From NCBI GenBank assembly GCA_051530055.1, contig CM121342.1, positions 5,951,489 through 6,015,488 on the forward strand: DNA of 64,000 bases, in the 5' to 3' direction. The translations under genes were made by a program, and so were the position numbers. This document shows positions 47,984 through 59,833 of the stretch, one piece after another. The notes below the pieces were generated by a model. The model saw nothing but the letters and a program-made list of their open reading frames with translations. It made no database searches and was not told the origin of the DNA. Position 1 is the stretch's first letter; each line of letters starts with the position of its first letter. This stretch comes from Neoechinorhynchus agilis (lineage: Eukaryota; Animalia; Acanthocephala).

Positions 47984-50488
47984 CTAATCTTTTGATAAGA
48001 TGTGATCCAAGGGCTTGTTTTGCCTCAGTCGTTCGAACATACACTTATAAAGCTTTTCGAGGTTTCGAGTGTAAGTTTCGACATTGAAAAGACTGGACGA
48101 CGTTTTCGCTTCGTAGATTTTCCCCCGGATTCTAGCCAGTTGGTTCTGATCGTTTCCTAGGCGGATAGCAATCCGTTCGTAATCTTGAAGTGATTCAGCT
48201 ATAAGTTCTGGACATCCGAGAGCCATTAACATCGACGCGGTAACTCTACTGGCCATATGATCCAAAGGATATGTAACTATTGGTGTTCCTGCCCAAAGAA
48301 CATCCATTCCTGTTGTATATCCATTACAAACTAAAGTATCAAGGCAAATATCAGCCAATTGCGACCTTCTAACGTGTTCTTCCTTTAGAGCGAAATCAGC
48401 GAAAATCAAGCGGTTTGGATCGATTCCTTGATTTATAATAAACTTTCTAAGGTGATCTTCTGCGCAAGGAGGATACCGCAGTAACCATAGAACACTTTTT
48501 GGAACTGCTTTGATAATAGTACACCACGAATTCATACATTGCGGAGTGCATTTATTGAGAATATTGAAGTTGCAATAAACGATGGCATCGTCTGGGATTC
48601 CGTAACGCGATCTGCATGTCACAAGTATAAAATCGGGTACGATTTGTCCGGACCTTTCTTGATATCGATCAGGTGGAATTTCAGTGAAAGCCCTATAAAT
48701 ATTTAAACCCATAGAAATCGCTATTGTCTTTGAACTCTCGGATAGTTTAACTGAAACCGCCTCGTTTAGTTTTGGCTTTGATTTCTTTAGTGAAAACCTT
48801 TTATTGCCTGGACGAAAATTAACAATGTTATTGGTATCGATCGGTGATGCAATCACGGCTGTTAATGGAATTTCAACTATTGAACGAAGCTTCAACTTAT
48901 ACTTAAGATGAGGAAACATCTGAGCATGATCTCCAATAAAGAACGATTGTGGCATATATGCCATTCGTTCACTGAACTGTTCAGCATTATTCAGCGGACT
49001 TGCGATCTCGTCCGTGATTATGTAATCCATAAAACATGAACCGCTTGTATTCGGATACCCGAGCCACATTATCTGTATGGGTGCTGGTTTCATCGCAAAG
49101 ATCTCATTTCTGTTACCGTCCGTATATCCGTTCATATTTACCAGAATATGGATTCGGTGAGAGTGAATGAGATTTGCCGCATCCTGAAATGGCATCCCAG
49201 AAATATCAATAAAATGGTCAGAACCTCTTTTGATTCTTGACAAAAATGTCGTTTGATTTTTAGGCCCTGTTGAAAAACAGAATATCTCGAACACGTCGTG
49301 ATTATGCAGTCCAGGAATGCTTTGCATTTGATGAGACGACGGATGGTCCCCGAAATCCGAAGAAACATAGCCAACTCGGATTCGTTTGTTTATCAGTTCC
49401 GTGCTGATCTTCGAACAATGAGAGAATGCGGCCGCATGAGATAATTCAACTTTCCTGGTGCACTTCCTGGCTTCTATTTCTGCTATTGATTTCCTCTCCG
49501 AATTAGATAACGGATAAAGAACGCTGTGATTTGGATCTATTGTATACTTTATTTGCTGACCACTGTTAATTAGCTGTTTCCGAATAAAATTCGTAATTAA
49601 ATTCTCCATGCGGGTAAAATTCGTCCAATCACAAGTATACCTGAGACAATTCTCAAGCCCGAAAATCGCTTCTTGAAAATTTGGAAATTTACGAAGAGCG
49701 AATTTGTAGACATCAATTGCTCCTTGGAAATTTGATATCATCCTCATCGCTTTTGCCTTCCGCATATAAATTCCTCGGCATTTTTGTCCGAGTTCTATTG
49801 CTTTATCATAATGAAAAATGGCTTTTTCGACATCTTTCGCTAATTGTGCAAGGGCGTCCCCGTACATCATATGGATCGCAGAGATTCCTGAGTTCAATGT
49901 TAAGGCCTTCTCAAAATGTTCCAAAATTTCTCTAGTTGATCCAAGACTTTCTTGTTGCATGAGATAAGCGATACTCATATGCAAGGAATAAGAATTCGGA
50001 CGTTTGTTAATTGCTGTCTTTATCGCATTTAAGGCTTGTCTTGGTCGTCCCCATTGCCAATATAACGCAGCAAGTCCGTCAAATGATTCCGCATTACTTG
50101 GATTAAGAGTTATAGATTTTATGTAGCAATCTTCTGCTTCGGTGAACGATCCTTTCTCTCTTAGGCAATTCCCGAGCTTGAAGAGTACTTCGGGATTATT
50201 GGGTTGCACCTCGAGGCTTTTACGATATCCTTCAATGTCCGAGTCAAATTGTCGCCTTCTCGGGTACAATAAAGCCCGCCGGGTCATTTCGGACGGATTA
50301 CTTTGTTCAATTTGTAATGATATCTGATTTGCAGAACCTGAACGTTCATTGATTCCCTGAGCATTCGATAGAAGTTCATTGCAGTTCATAGGCCAACCTC
50401 CTTGACCTGTTACCAAACACAAATTTAGTCCCATTGATCTGCTTTTATCGGATGATCGACTATCTGGCAAATTTCTTCTATCGGCCAT
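47984..50488 (-). CDS. OGT: O-GlcNAc transferase-like protein, intronless, 834 aa, short TPR region
   Basis: TPRs, then RIRVGYVSSDFGDHPSSH, HILVNMNGYT, PAPIQIMWLGYPNTSG, YCNFN, KEEHVRR.QLADICLDT, TTGMDVLWAGTP and MASRVTAS. Confidence 0.92.
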   Translation of the reverse strand: MADRRNLPDSRSSDKSRSMGLNLCLVTGQGGWPMNCNELLSNAQGINERSGSANQISLQIEQSNPSEMTRRALLYPRRRQFDSDIEGYRKSLEVQPNNPEVLFKLGNCLREKGSFTEAEDCYIKSITLNPSNAESFDGLAALYWQWGRPRQALNAIKTAINKRPNSYSLHMSIAYLMQQESLGSTREILEHFEKALTLNSGISAIHMMYGDALAQLAKDVEKAIFHYDKAIELGQKCRGIYMRKAKAMRMISNFQGAIDVYKFALRKFPNFQEAIFGLENCLRYTCDWTNFTRMENLITNFIRKQLINSGQQIKYTIDPNHSVLYPLSNSERKSIAEIEARKCTRKVELSHAAAFSHCSKISTELINKRIRVGYVSSDFGDHPSSHQMQSIPGLHNHDVFEIFCFSTGPKNQTTFLSRIKRGSDHFIDISGMPFQDAANLIHSHRIHILVNMNGYTDGNRNEIFAMKPAPIQIMWLGYPNTSGSCFMDYIITDEIASPLNNAEQFSERMAYMPQSFFIGDHAQMFPHLKYKLKLRSIVEIPLTAVIASPIDTNNIVNFRPGNKRFSLKKSKPKLNEAVSVKLSESSKTIAISMGLNIYRAFTEIPPDRYQERSGQIVPDFILVTCRSRYGIPDDAIVYCNFNILNKCTPQCMNSWCTIIKAVPKSVLWLLRYPPCAEDHLRKFIINQGIDPNRLIFADFALKEEHVRRSQLADICLDTLVCNGYTTGMDVLWAGTPIVTYPLDHMASRVTASMLMALGCPELIAESLQDYERIAIRLGNDQNQLARIRGKIYEAKTSSSLFNVETYTRNLEKLYKCMFERLRQNKPLDHILSKD

Positions 50489-52229
50489 TGTAGGTTAGGT
50501 GTTAGTATGGAAGTTATCTAAAAGTTAATTGGATCAATATTGATCCGTGATTAAATCACATGCAAATGTCGAGTAAAATGGCCTCGTGACCGAGGATATT
50601 GCCAATTGGGGGTTACAGCCTTCAAAAAGCATTTAATTAACCTTAGGAAACATTTCGTGCACTTTGATAACCCTGGGGAATCTAATTTTCTTATCTATAT
50701 TGCCGAAAAGCCAACCGTTTTTCTTAGTGGTCCAAGCAACTTGCAAACATTTGCAAACCTCGAAATATATTGGTCAAGAAATTTGTTGGTCAATAAAAGT
50801 CTTTTCAAAGGATAATAACGTCTCAGATTTCTTAGTTCTATTAATCTTTAAAGATGATTCGTTTGACGTTCATTACTTTCAGTCGGCTGTTTTGAAAGAA
50901 ATGCCCTTTTATAAAAACAAACAACTAATTTTTATTGGTCAAATATGTGACCTTTCACCTTTATTGGCTGTGTTGTGTACCAATTCTTATTTTTGTGAGA
51001 TGCAAATATCGTTATTTAAGTAACGAAGTTGGAACTAAATTGAAAATCGTATGCAAAGTTTTTGCACCTCTTTAATTTGCAATTTTTAGTTTTCTTGATA
51101 AGTCTTATATACAATTTTGTGGTTTTACGATCGAAATTAAATTCTGCCTAATTAACATTGGCAAAAAATTTCAATTAGAAAGTTGTAAATATTTTTTGTC
51201 TGAAATAAAGTTGTTATTTTAGATTCTTTGCAAATTATTTTCGCTTGAAAACTTTGTGTTTTCATGTGCAACTATCTCATGAATATTTAAATTTTAAAAA
51301 ATTCCGCGTTTTTTTATCTTATTAATTTATTTTTCATCTTATTGCAAATTGAAGAATACGTTTTTTGATCGTGGGAATATTCCATATTATCAAAAATCTT
51401 TTCTGTACTAGTGAATTTGCAAATTATTCATTCGCTCAACGAAACTTAGAAAAAAACCGCTAAATATAATGAGATGCTTTAAATTGAGGACTAACGATAA
51501 TATCATTTTGGAGGTACAATTTAGTCAAACTTTTGCTTGATGTATTTTAAATTCCGTCCGTTTAAATACACTGCGCATTTCGTCTAATGTTGCATTCGAC
51601 GTTGATTTATAATTCGTAATTTTAAAGCATTCGATTTTTAGTTTTATTAGCTAAGTTGTCCTACTTAAAAAAAATATCATTCTGAAATAGATCTGTTACC
51701 ATTGCCTTCAAAAAAGATGAATCTTATCGCCTTATATGCAGAAAAACGCCGAATCGATAATATATTTTATAACGATTTTTAATTTATAAAATGCAGTGAG
51801 CTTAAATATCTCTTATTTGTTCATGATCTCGTTAATTATCTCATTGAGCGTTCAAAACAATAATAATTAAAGGTTCAATAGTTTAAGATAGAATGTATTT
51901 TCACTAAAAAACAATAATAAATTCAACCAATCACGAAACGAGATTTTATGCTGTGTTACTTTCCCCAGCGAATTTCTAAGAAGATAGTGAAATAAACTAT
52001 TTTTCGCCTAGTTTTAAAGGCGAAGCTTGAAACTTCAATCTGTTTTAAGAGCGATTTCATCAGCTGAATAGTTAAGGGTTTTTTGACGACATTACAAGAG
52101 TTTGTAAAAGTAATTTTATACCAAAATTGTGCATCCGTAAAAAAAATTAAATGTAACACTATATTTTCAGTTCTTTTATTAGTTTTTCAATTAAATAAAA
52201 GATAACATATTCGAATCAATAGTTACTTA

Positions 52230-53426
52230 TTATCTTCCTATTCCAAATTTGAACCTTGGCTTAACCACTTCGCGTTTTTCAACCGCTGCTAATTTCAGTC
52301 TTCTTTTCAGGAGTTTTTTGTGGTGAATAATAGCAGCTATTAGATTTGGATTGTGCAAATTATTGCCGCTAAGCTGCAGATTAGCAAGGTCAACCAAACT
52401 ATTGAAAACGCCTGCTGGGATCGATTCTATCAAATTGTTCGACAAATCGAGAGATTTGAGCTTTTTCCAATATGTAAAATCTGATTTTGTTATTTTAGCA
52501 ATAAGATTATTGGATAGTTTAAGATCGACAATGTTCTCGCTCGTCAGCAACCCGCCGCGTGGTATAGTCAGTAAACTTCCATTAATAAAACCGAGCGTTG
52601 TTAGTTTTGGAAGATTCTTCAATTTCGACGCATCGTAGTTTGAATTGTTCGAATGGGATATAATGACACTCTCAAGCCTGGGAATGTTTTCAAAGGAAAT
52701 CATCACATTCTCCAGATAATTTCTAAATTCAACACCGATTTTCTTTAGATTCTTCAAATTTCTTGCGCCCTCAACCTGTACAGATTCAATCGGGTTGAAA
52801 AAAGAAGATAATTCTGAAAGTCGTCCCAGACATTTTGTCCCATTGAGATTAAGTACCTTTATTTGATTGATATCGATTTTCAATACTCTTAATTCACAGA
52901 GATCACCGATTGGGTCAATATTGGATATCAGGTTTTCCTTTAAATTAAGAGTCTCCAAAAAGGGAAGTTTTTTACCAAATCCCGGCTCCAAAATACTCAA
53001 ATTGCATCCCTGAATACATAAATCTTTGATACGAAGTTTCCACGATACACTTAGATTTTCAATTCTTACTCTAGTCAAATGAACACTTTTTACGTTTTGG
53101 ATAAAGTCAAGCGCTTTGTTTTGGCATGAGCCATTGTAGTTGTGAACGGACAAAAGAGTTAATTGTGGAAATATGTTTGTTAAATTTGCAGACATTTGGT
53201 CGATTGGAACGCCAATTAAGTGAAGGATTTGTATGTTTGATCGATCGAAGTTATTTAGTATCTCGTTGAGGCCTAGGGCAGATTGATAGTATTGGCGCTT
53301 TAATCCACACTGAATAACAATCGATTGGTTGTCGCTGAAGAGCTCAAGGCAATCTTCTACATCTCCTAATTGTGATTGGTCGACGAGTACAAAAAGTATT
53401 AAAACATTGAAGCAAAAGAAGCGCAT
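52230..53426 (-). CDS. Secreted leucine-rich-repeat protein, intronless, 398 aa, no TM segment
   Basis: Signal peptide MRFFCFNVLILFVLVDQSQLG, Cys cap, LxxLxLxxN repeats (LETLNLKENLI, LKSLDLSNNLIESIPAGVF) and a basic tail. Confidence 0.9.
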   Translation of the reverse strand: MRFFCFNVLILFVLVDQSQLGDVEDCLELFSDNQSIVIQCGLKRQYYQSALGLNEILNNFDRSNIQILHLIGVPIDQMSANLTNIFPQLTLLSVHNYNGSCQNKALDFIQNVKSVHLTRVRIENLSVSWKLRIKDLCIQGCNLSILEPGFGKKLPFLETLNLKENLISNIDPIGDLCELRVLKIDINQIKVLNLNGTKCLGRLSELSSFFNPIESVQVEGARNLKNLKKIGVEFRNYLENVMISFENIPRLESVIISHSNNSNYDASKLKNLPKLTTLGFINGSLLTIPRGGLLTSENIVDLKLSNNLIAKITKSDFTYWKKLKSLDLSNNLIESIPAGVFNSLVDLANLQLSGNNLHNPNLIAAIIHHKKLLKRRLKLAAVEKREVVKPRFKFGIGR

Positions 53427-54752
53427 TGAGGTTTTTTACCTCTTTAGAGATGTTTGCACCTTTATTTCTTGAAGTTTATCGCAAGATGCTTGAATCATCG
53501 CATCAAATGTCATTTCAGCTATGAACATTGTATAAAAAGATTTGACTCACTGAAAAATCACATACTCAACTTAGTAAGAACACGGATTTTTTAAATATTT
53601 CCTACGATGAGACTAATTGTAAATTATAAAATCATATTTTATTGATTGATTTCTGAGGCTAAGGGCAGATTGATAGTATTGGCGCTTTAATCCACACTGA
53701 ATAACAATCGATTGGTTGTCGCTGAAGAGCTCAAGGCAATCTTCTACATCTCCTAATTGTGATTGGTCGACGAGTACAAAAAGTATTAAAACATTGAAGC
53801 AAATGAAGCGCATTGAGGTTTTTTTACCTCTTTAGAGATGTTTGCACCTTTATTTCTTGAAGTTTATCGCAAGATGCTTGAATCATCGCATCAAATGTCA
53901 TTTCAGCTATGAACATTGTATAAAAAGATTTGACTCACTGAAAAATCACATACTCAACTTAGTAAGAACACGGATTTTTTAAATATTTTCTACGATGAGA
54001 CTAATTGTAAATTATAAAATCATATTTTATTGATTGATTTCTGAGGCTAAGGGCAGATTGATAGTATTGGCGCTTTAATCCACACTGAATAACAATCGAT
54101 TGGTTGTCGCTGAAGAGCTCAAGGCAATCTTCACATCTCCTAATTGTGATTGGTCGACGAGTACAAAAAGTATTAAAACATTGAAGCAAATGAAGCGCAT
54201 TGAGGTTTTTTTACCTCTTTAGAGATGTTTGCACCTTTATTTCTTGAAGTTTATCGCAAGATGCTTGAATCATCGCATCAAATGTCATTTCAGCTATGAA
54301 CATTGTATAAAAAGATTTGACTCACTGAAAAATCACATACTCAACTTAGTAAGAACACGGATTTTTTAAATATTTCTACGATGAGACTAATTGTAAATTA
54401 TAAAATCATATTTATTGATTGATTTCTGAGGCTAAGGGCAGATTGATAGTATTGGCGCTTTAATTAATCAATCGATTGGTTGTCGCTGAAGAGCTCAAGG
54501 CAATCTTCTACATCTCCTAATTGTGATTGGTCGACGAGTACAAAAAGTATTAAAACATTGAAGCAAATGAAGCGCATTGAGGTTTTTTACCTCTTTAGAG
54601 ATGTTTGCACCTTTATTTCTTGAAGTTTATCGCAAGATGCTTGAATCATCGCATCAAATGTCATTTCAGCTATGAACATTGTATAAAAAGATTTGACTCA
54701 CTGAAAAATCACATACTCAACTTAGTAAGAACACGGATTTTTTAAATATTTC
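53270..54752 (-). repeat. ~388-bp tandem amplification of the LRR gene promoter, signal peptide and first ~52 codons (gene copy plus 3 upstream truncated copies)
   Basis: Units start at ~53614, 54002 and 54388. The copy at 53613-53813 has an intact 66-aa ORF; the other two carry indels. Confidence 0.95.
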
Positions 54753-55571
54753 CTAATTATAAAATCATATTTTATTGATTGATGTCTAAAATTATATGAG
54801 TGAATTTAGAAAATATTTCATTGATGGGTGGACGTCTCGAGTTTTTATTGCGATAAACAATGCTTTAAATGTGGAATCTAAATGCGAATATAAGCAATAG
54901 GAAATAAAATGATTAATCACTTTTATCGGGTAATCAGCGATAAATTCTTCTCAGGAACTTTATTGACGAAAAGACACAATTCTTCGTTATTATCGATCAA
55001 AAGAGACAAGTTTTTCGTCGTCATTGTATTCAGGAAGGTAAAGTTTCAAGGAGATAGTTTACAGCCGGAACTGTTTAGTCCCTTTTTGTCATCTCTCGTA
55101 AAACCGTCGGCTTGAGAAGAGATGGAATTCGGTCGATAAAGCCCTACGTTTTAGAGTATTCTCAGTTTGGATCAATCGAGTGTCGCATGGATTGACGAAA
55201 CCAAAGGAATGGTCATCCATTTCAGTACCAATCAAAACGAGAGGCAGAGCTTATCCGTAAATCAACGGGAAAACTAATACCTCTAAAGTCGTTCCCTTTT
55301 CACATGAGCAAAACACTCGTAATCTCAATTCAATTCATCCTCCCCTCATTTTTCCATACCATCAACCGAAATGAAAAGGAAAAAACCCAATATGAGAAAT
55401 CGAGTGCTTTTGTGAGGACCCAAACGGACAGTCCTATTCTTTTTGGATTAAAAAGTGATTCCCAAACCAAGGCATTCAACTGCTTCTTTTGCCACATTTA
55501 TGATCGCCTAAAATGTTAGATTAAAACAAGATTGCTCTAAAATGCAAAAATAGAAATTTAGTGAGCACAAT

Positions 55572-55645
55572 AAACACTCAAATGTTCGATCAGTGATCTT
55601 CGTTACCGATTTAGATTACACTGACGTCATAAATAATGAGTGTTT
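55572..55645 (-). promoter_or_regulatory. Type II SECIS element in the SELENOK 3' UTR
   Basis: Helix I AAACACUCA/UGAGUGUUU, core AUGAC...CGAA, helix II GUCAGUG/CACUGAU plus AUCU/AGAU, apical AAA, and mini-helix UCG-GUAA-CGA. Confidence 0.9.
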
Positions 55646-55681
55646 CAATAGTAATCGTTCAACTGTTCAAGCCGAGTTATC

Positions 55682-55936
55682 TTAACCTCATCCGGTCGAA
55701 GAGCATCCCAGAATGTCACCAGATCCAATAATGCCTCCTCCTCCTCTGGATGCCATAAAATCGTTTTGTCTCCCAATGAATCCATTCGAAGAAGACGTCG
55801 GTTCAGTGTTAAAGTCAAACAAAGTTCTGATGAAATCGGTAAAAGTGTCCAGTACATGATATGCCGTATCTCGAGCATAGCCAAGATCCCATGGACGAGT
55901 CTCAACAACTTCACCCGAACTAGTAATGTACGGCAT
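55682..55936 (-). CDS. SELENOK: Selenoprotein K, 84 aa, penultimate Sec (UGA at 55688-55690)
   Basis: MPYITSSGEVVETRPW resembles SelK MVYISNGQV..PW. A single hydrophobic segment and G-rich tail end ...GCSSTG-TGA-GGT-TAA, with a SECIS core ~58 nt downstream. Confidence 0.92.
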
Positions 55937-56506
55937 CTTAAAAATAAAGATTTCAAGTGGTAGGGTGAAACAAGCTCAAATGTCAATCAATTGTAGATGC
56001 CTTTCATACTTTTGGATGTTGTCGATATGTGAGCGGTAAATTTTTCGAATAAAAAGACGTTCAGCGAACCTCTTCGGGTTCATCATCATCATCATTAGTT
56101 CTATTTTTGTTTTCCTTTTCGGTTAGCTATGAAGACAGAGTTTGTAACTTCGTTGATCATTCATGTCCGGTTGTCGAAAGTTATTGCGCAGTCACTTGCT
56201 TCTTTAGAATTGATGATGATGATGAATCCGACCGAGGCAAATGTAAACTTTTAAACAAGGATTCCGATTTTAATAACGTTTTCCCTTCTAGAAGCCATAT
56301 ATAAAAATCAATACTAGTAAGCTAAAAACCATCATCTCAAACTTATAAATAAAGGGATGATAAAACCGATATGTAAATCTCCCCTCCCTCCAAAAAAAAG
56401 AGCTTATGAAATTTTTCAAGATCCATAGACGTTAATGAAAAATGTATGTGACGGTAAGGGAAAAAATATATCAAACAATGAATTATTTTTTGAAGACTGG
56501 TCAGCC

Positions 56507-56703
56507 CTCCGGATCCTTCAGATACCTCCCGAGGGGATGGGACTCGAGTGAGTTTCCTCCTCCCTTCAACGAGATATTTCGTCCCTTTTGATTGCTCTCC
56601 CTTTGGCGGTAACGGATTCGAACCATTTGACCCAACAAACTGAGATCAAGAGGATTAATCCACTTCACCACCTCATCAGCAAAACTACGGAATGTACAAA
56701 CTC
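56507..56703 (-). mobile_element. TIR/tRNA-box element, copy 2, lacking one TIR, flanked by a 13-bp direct repeat
   Basis: A box TGGTGAAGTGG (56660-56670), B box GGTTCGAATCC (56614-56624), TIR ggaatgtacaaactc. AGACTGGTCAGCC occurs at 56494-56506 and 56728-56740. Confidence 0.75.
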
Positions 56704-56880
56704 AGCCAGTTTTTTATTGAATTTTGGAGACTGGTCAGCCATTAGCTTTTATTAAGTATCAATGTGTGGTGACCTTTTATCACACAAACGGCTGATAATT
56801 TTCCTTTTGGTACACAGCCCACCGATCTGGTTCAGGGAAGCGAATAAAATCAATTAATATCGATGAATCATCCCGTAAAA

Positions 56881-57056
56881 GAGTTTGTACATTCCGCAGG
56901 ATCCTCAGATACCTCCCGGGGAGGAAATGGGACTTCCCGATTAAGGGTCAAGTGGTTCGAATCCGTTACCGACAAAGGGAGAACAATCAAAAGGGACGAA
57001 ATATCTCGTTGATGGGAGGAGGAAACCCACTCGAGTCCCTCCTCATCGGGAGGTAG
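56881..57056 (+). mobile_element. TIR/tRNA-box element, copy 3, rearranged (terminal arm followed by inverted body)
   Basis: Starts gagtttgtacattcc..gatcctcagatacctcccggggagg, then B box GGTTCGAATCC (56954-56964) and a body that is the reverse complement of copy 2. Confidence 0.75.
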
Positions 57057-57115
57057 GCTGATAATTTTTCGGGCATGTCAGGTTTTTTTTGTGAAAGAAG
57101 TTGCAATTCAATGGA

Positions 57116-59144
57116 CTAAAGAAACATTCTATAATATTTCCCGGCGGCATTGTGAATGTGCGTTACAATGGGATGAACGACACTCCATTCGTACCACATA
57201 CATCGTCTTTTTGCCGTTCCACATCGACTGAATCTGATTCGAATTTTTGAGCCCTTGGCAACCATAAAAGGATTCTTTGAATAGATTTAAAGAGCAGCGG
57301 AAATTAAAAGAGTAGAACTTACGCTCAATGGAAAGAATATTGGAAACCATGAGACGAGATTTTTGGAATGCTTCTCAGGATGAATGCCTTACAATCAAAA
57401 AAAAAGGTTAGATTAAGAAGTTTATCTTTCGGTCTTGGACTTACTCATGAATACTTGTTTAAACAGTCTGCAATGGAAATATCCAGAGAATCCATGAATA
57501 ATTCCATCATGATCGAGTTTAAATTCGATTGAACCATGGCGGACGTCAAAACCTTCCTCATTTTTAGACGACTCAAATTTGAAAAGTTCTTGGCATGGCC
57601 CTAGGAGTTCATGTGCGCCGAATGGAACAACGTACGGAATTTCAAACTTTCCTTCGCTAGCATTCTCCAGTGCAGATATAGCTGTGTAAGTACCGAAGCA
57701 TTCGATTGGAGCAAGATATGAGGAGTATTCGTAAGGGATCATTATACCACCAGGATTTAATAGTCTATTTTTCATTCCAGCAAGACATTCCGGTGCTAAC
57801 TCATTATCTCCAAATGAACCCAATAATTCGCTTACAACCAAATCGAATTTTTGACCGGCGATGGATCGCATGTCGCCTTCTTTAATGTTGACTTTAGAGT
57901 TCCATTCAAGTGAATTAAGTCGTTGAATCACTCTACGTAAAAACAAGAAGTGTGATCCATCGACAAACGGCGATTTAGAATCTCGAAGCAATCTTGGTTT
58001 TTTTCTAAAGCAGTTACATCGCATTGAACTCCCTCTTCTTCAGCGGCCAAATTAACACATTGAATAACTGGACCTCGTCCAACTCCAGGAATGAGAACAG
58101 TGAATTTTGTAGAATTATTAAACGTTTTCAGTTCCATAAATGCGTTTCTGATCGCTTCTTGATACAAATCATACTTGACGGTATCTTTCTCGAATGTCTC
58201 GTAAAATTGAGACTGAAGATCGTTTGACAGAGGTTGGAGAGCCGTTTGCAGTCTGTCGATACATGATCGAGAAAATCGCTCCATTTTTGTAAGAGGCTTT
58301 ATGGATAGCATTAAGTGGTAGATGAACTGAACGTATTTGAGCGGATTACTTCTCGATGAATGAGTTTTCTCAATCAAGACACTCTCAAGGCTGTTTCGAA
58401 TTAAATCGCAGGTTGAGTCTTTTAAATTGAGAGGCAAAATCCATGCTTCTTTTGATGCGTTGGTCAAATCACAAGAATGCTTTTGACCACAAAAATATAG
58501 CTAATAAACACAAAATTACGAAAGTGGAACTAAAAAAAACATTGACGGACGCATTTTCTGACATTATGTTCTAAAAAAATATCTGTACTGAGAATGAGAT
58601 GTTTTACAGGCTGATTTTTCCATTTACTGATTTCTTCACCATTTTTGTTGTTGTTTTCTAGGTGTCCAATTCGAAGTCCGAGTTGGAAATGTCGATCAAA
58701 CTTGCACAACATCGCACATCTTCGCCACATATCGAGATTTTCTTCAACTAAAGCGTCCAATACAATGACAATGTTTTGAGTGGTTAACGTTAGCCGAGTT
58801 CTTGCATGATTTAGCACAATCGAACAAAGTCTATACTCGTCAATACTTGAACCAACGAACAAGAAAACGTAACGAAGTGAAAGATACGCCGATTTTCGAA
58901 GAACAAAATCAAGCCCTTCCAAATCTGTATCGACTCTTAGATGCATTGCAACTCGATTTTGTAAAATCGCACTTTTGAACATACCATCTATGCAATTCGA
59001 CGGACTCAAGGCTAAGAAATCGAACTGGCCGGGTCTTTTATCACTGATTAAAGAGTCCATCATTTCATTCACATCCTTTTCGTCGATTTCGCCCATGGAC
59101 AGGTAACCAATCGTAGCTGTCCAAATCGTATTTTGTTGACACAT
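57116..59144 (-). CDS. PRMT5: Protein arginine N-methyltransferase 5, multi-exon
   Basis: LQPLSNDLQSQFYETFEKDTVKYDLYQEAI, GVGRGP, DMR..DLVVSELLGSFGDNELAPECL, IHGFSGYF, SWFPIFFP and WYEWSV..IHNAAGKYY. Confidence 0.95.
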
Positions 59145-59710
59145 TTGTCTAAAAATCACATTGTTGTTAGAGTGGAAATAAACAAAAACATTTCAACGGT
59201 CTTATCAGACTTGAATTGACCTTCTAGCATTATATAAGCTTTCAAAAACAAATAACCAAATAAGAATATAAAGAATTTCCTTTTATTAGGGAGAGTATCG
59301 AACTTTTGACCTTTAAACGTAAAAACAACTAATTTTCTCCAAATTTCAACCAATTAGATTAATTCGTGCGCATTTTTCGAATACTAACGAGAAAATCATT
59401 AGGAAACAAAAAATCCTTCAGGAAAAGAGTTGGAGATTGGTGATGATGATCGCCTCCTTATAAAGAATATTTTTCTCAATGCAAAAAACACCCAAGAAAA
59501 CACATTCACAATCAATACTGATCAATACGAATGAGTTTAGAAATATTCCTTCGCAGAATATTTACAAAAAAGAAGATTTTCAATGGGCAGAAAAGAGTCT
59601 AAAATCTTAAAGTTATCAGAACTTTGATTGCGAAAAAGCCAAAAACTTTATTATTTCATAATACTTAAACAATTCTGAAGTCCCACGAGGACGAAATATT
59701 AAATACTTTT

Positions 59711-59755
59711 TATAGCGAATTATCAAATAAATCAATTATTTGATAATTCGCTATA
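59711..59755. other. Perfect 20-bp inverted repeat with a 5-nt loop
   Basis: tatagcgaattatcaaataa-atcaa-ttatttgataattcgctata. Confidence 0.85.
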
Positions 59756-59833
59756 TAAAAAAGTAAATGATGAACATCTTTACAATATTAATTAAATTTT
59801 GACTTGTGTGCGATGAAGAATAGTCGATCGGTT

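Noticed and set aside
55090-55510. Fragments GDHKCGK and LPLVLIGTEMD resembling small-GTPase motifs downstream of SELENOK
   Set aside because: There is an in-frame stop after the P-loop-like motif, no start codon and no coherent exon chain.
56050-56430. Two apparently spliceable exons ending ...RTNDDDDEPEEVR* between PRMT5 and SELENOK
   Set aside because: I found no in-frame first exon and no family similarity; the upstream region is occupied by the TIR/tRNA-box elements.
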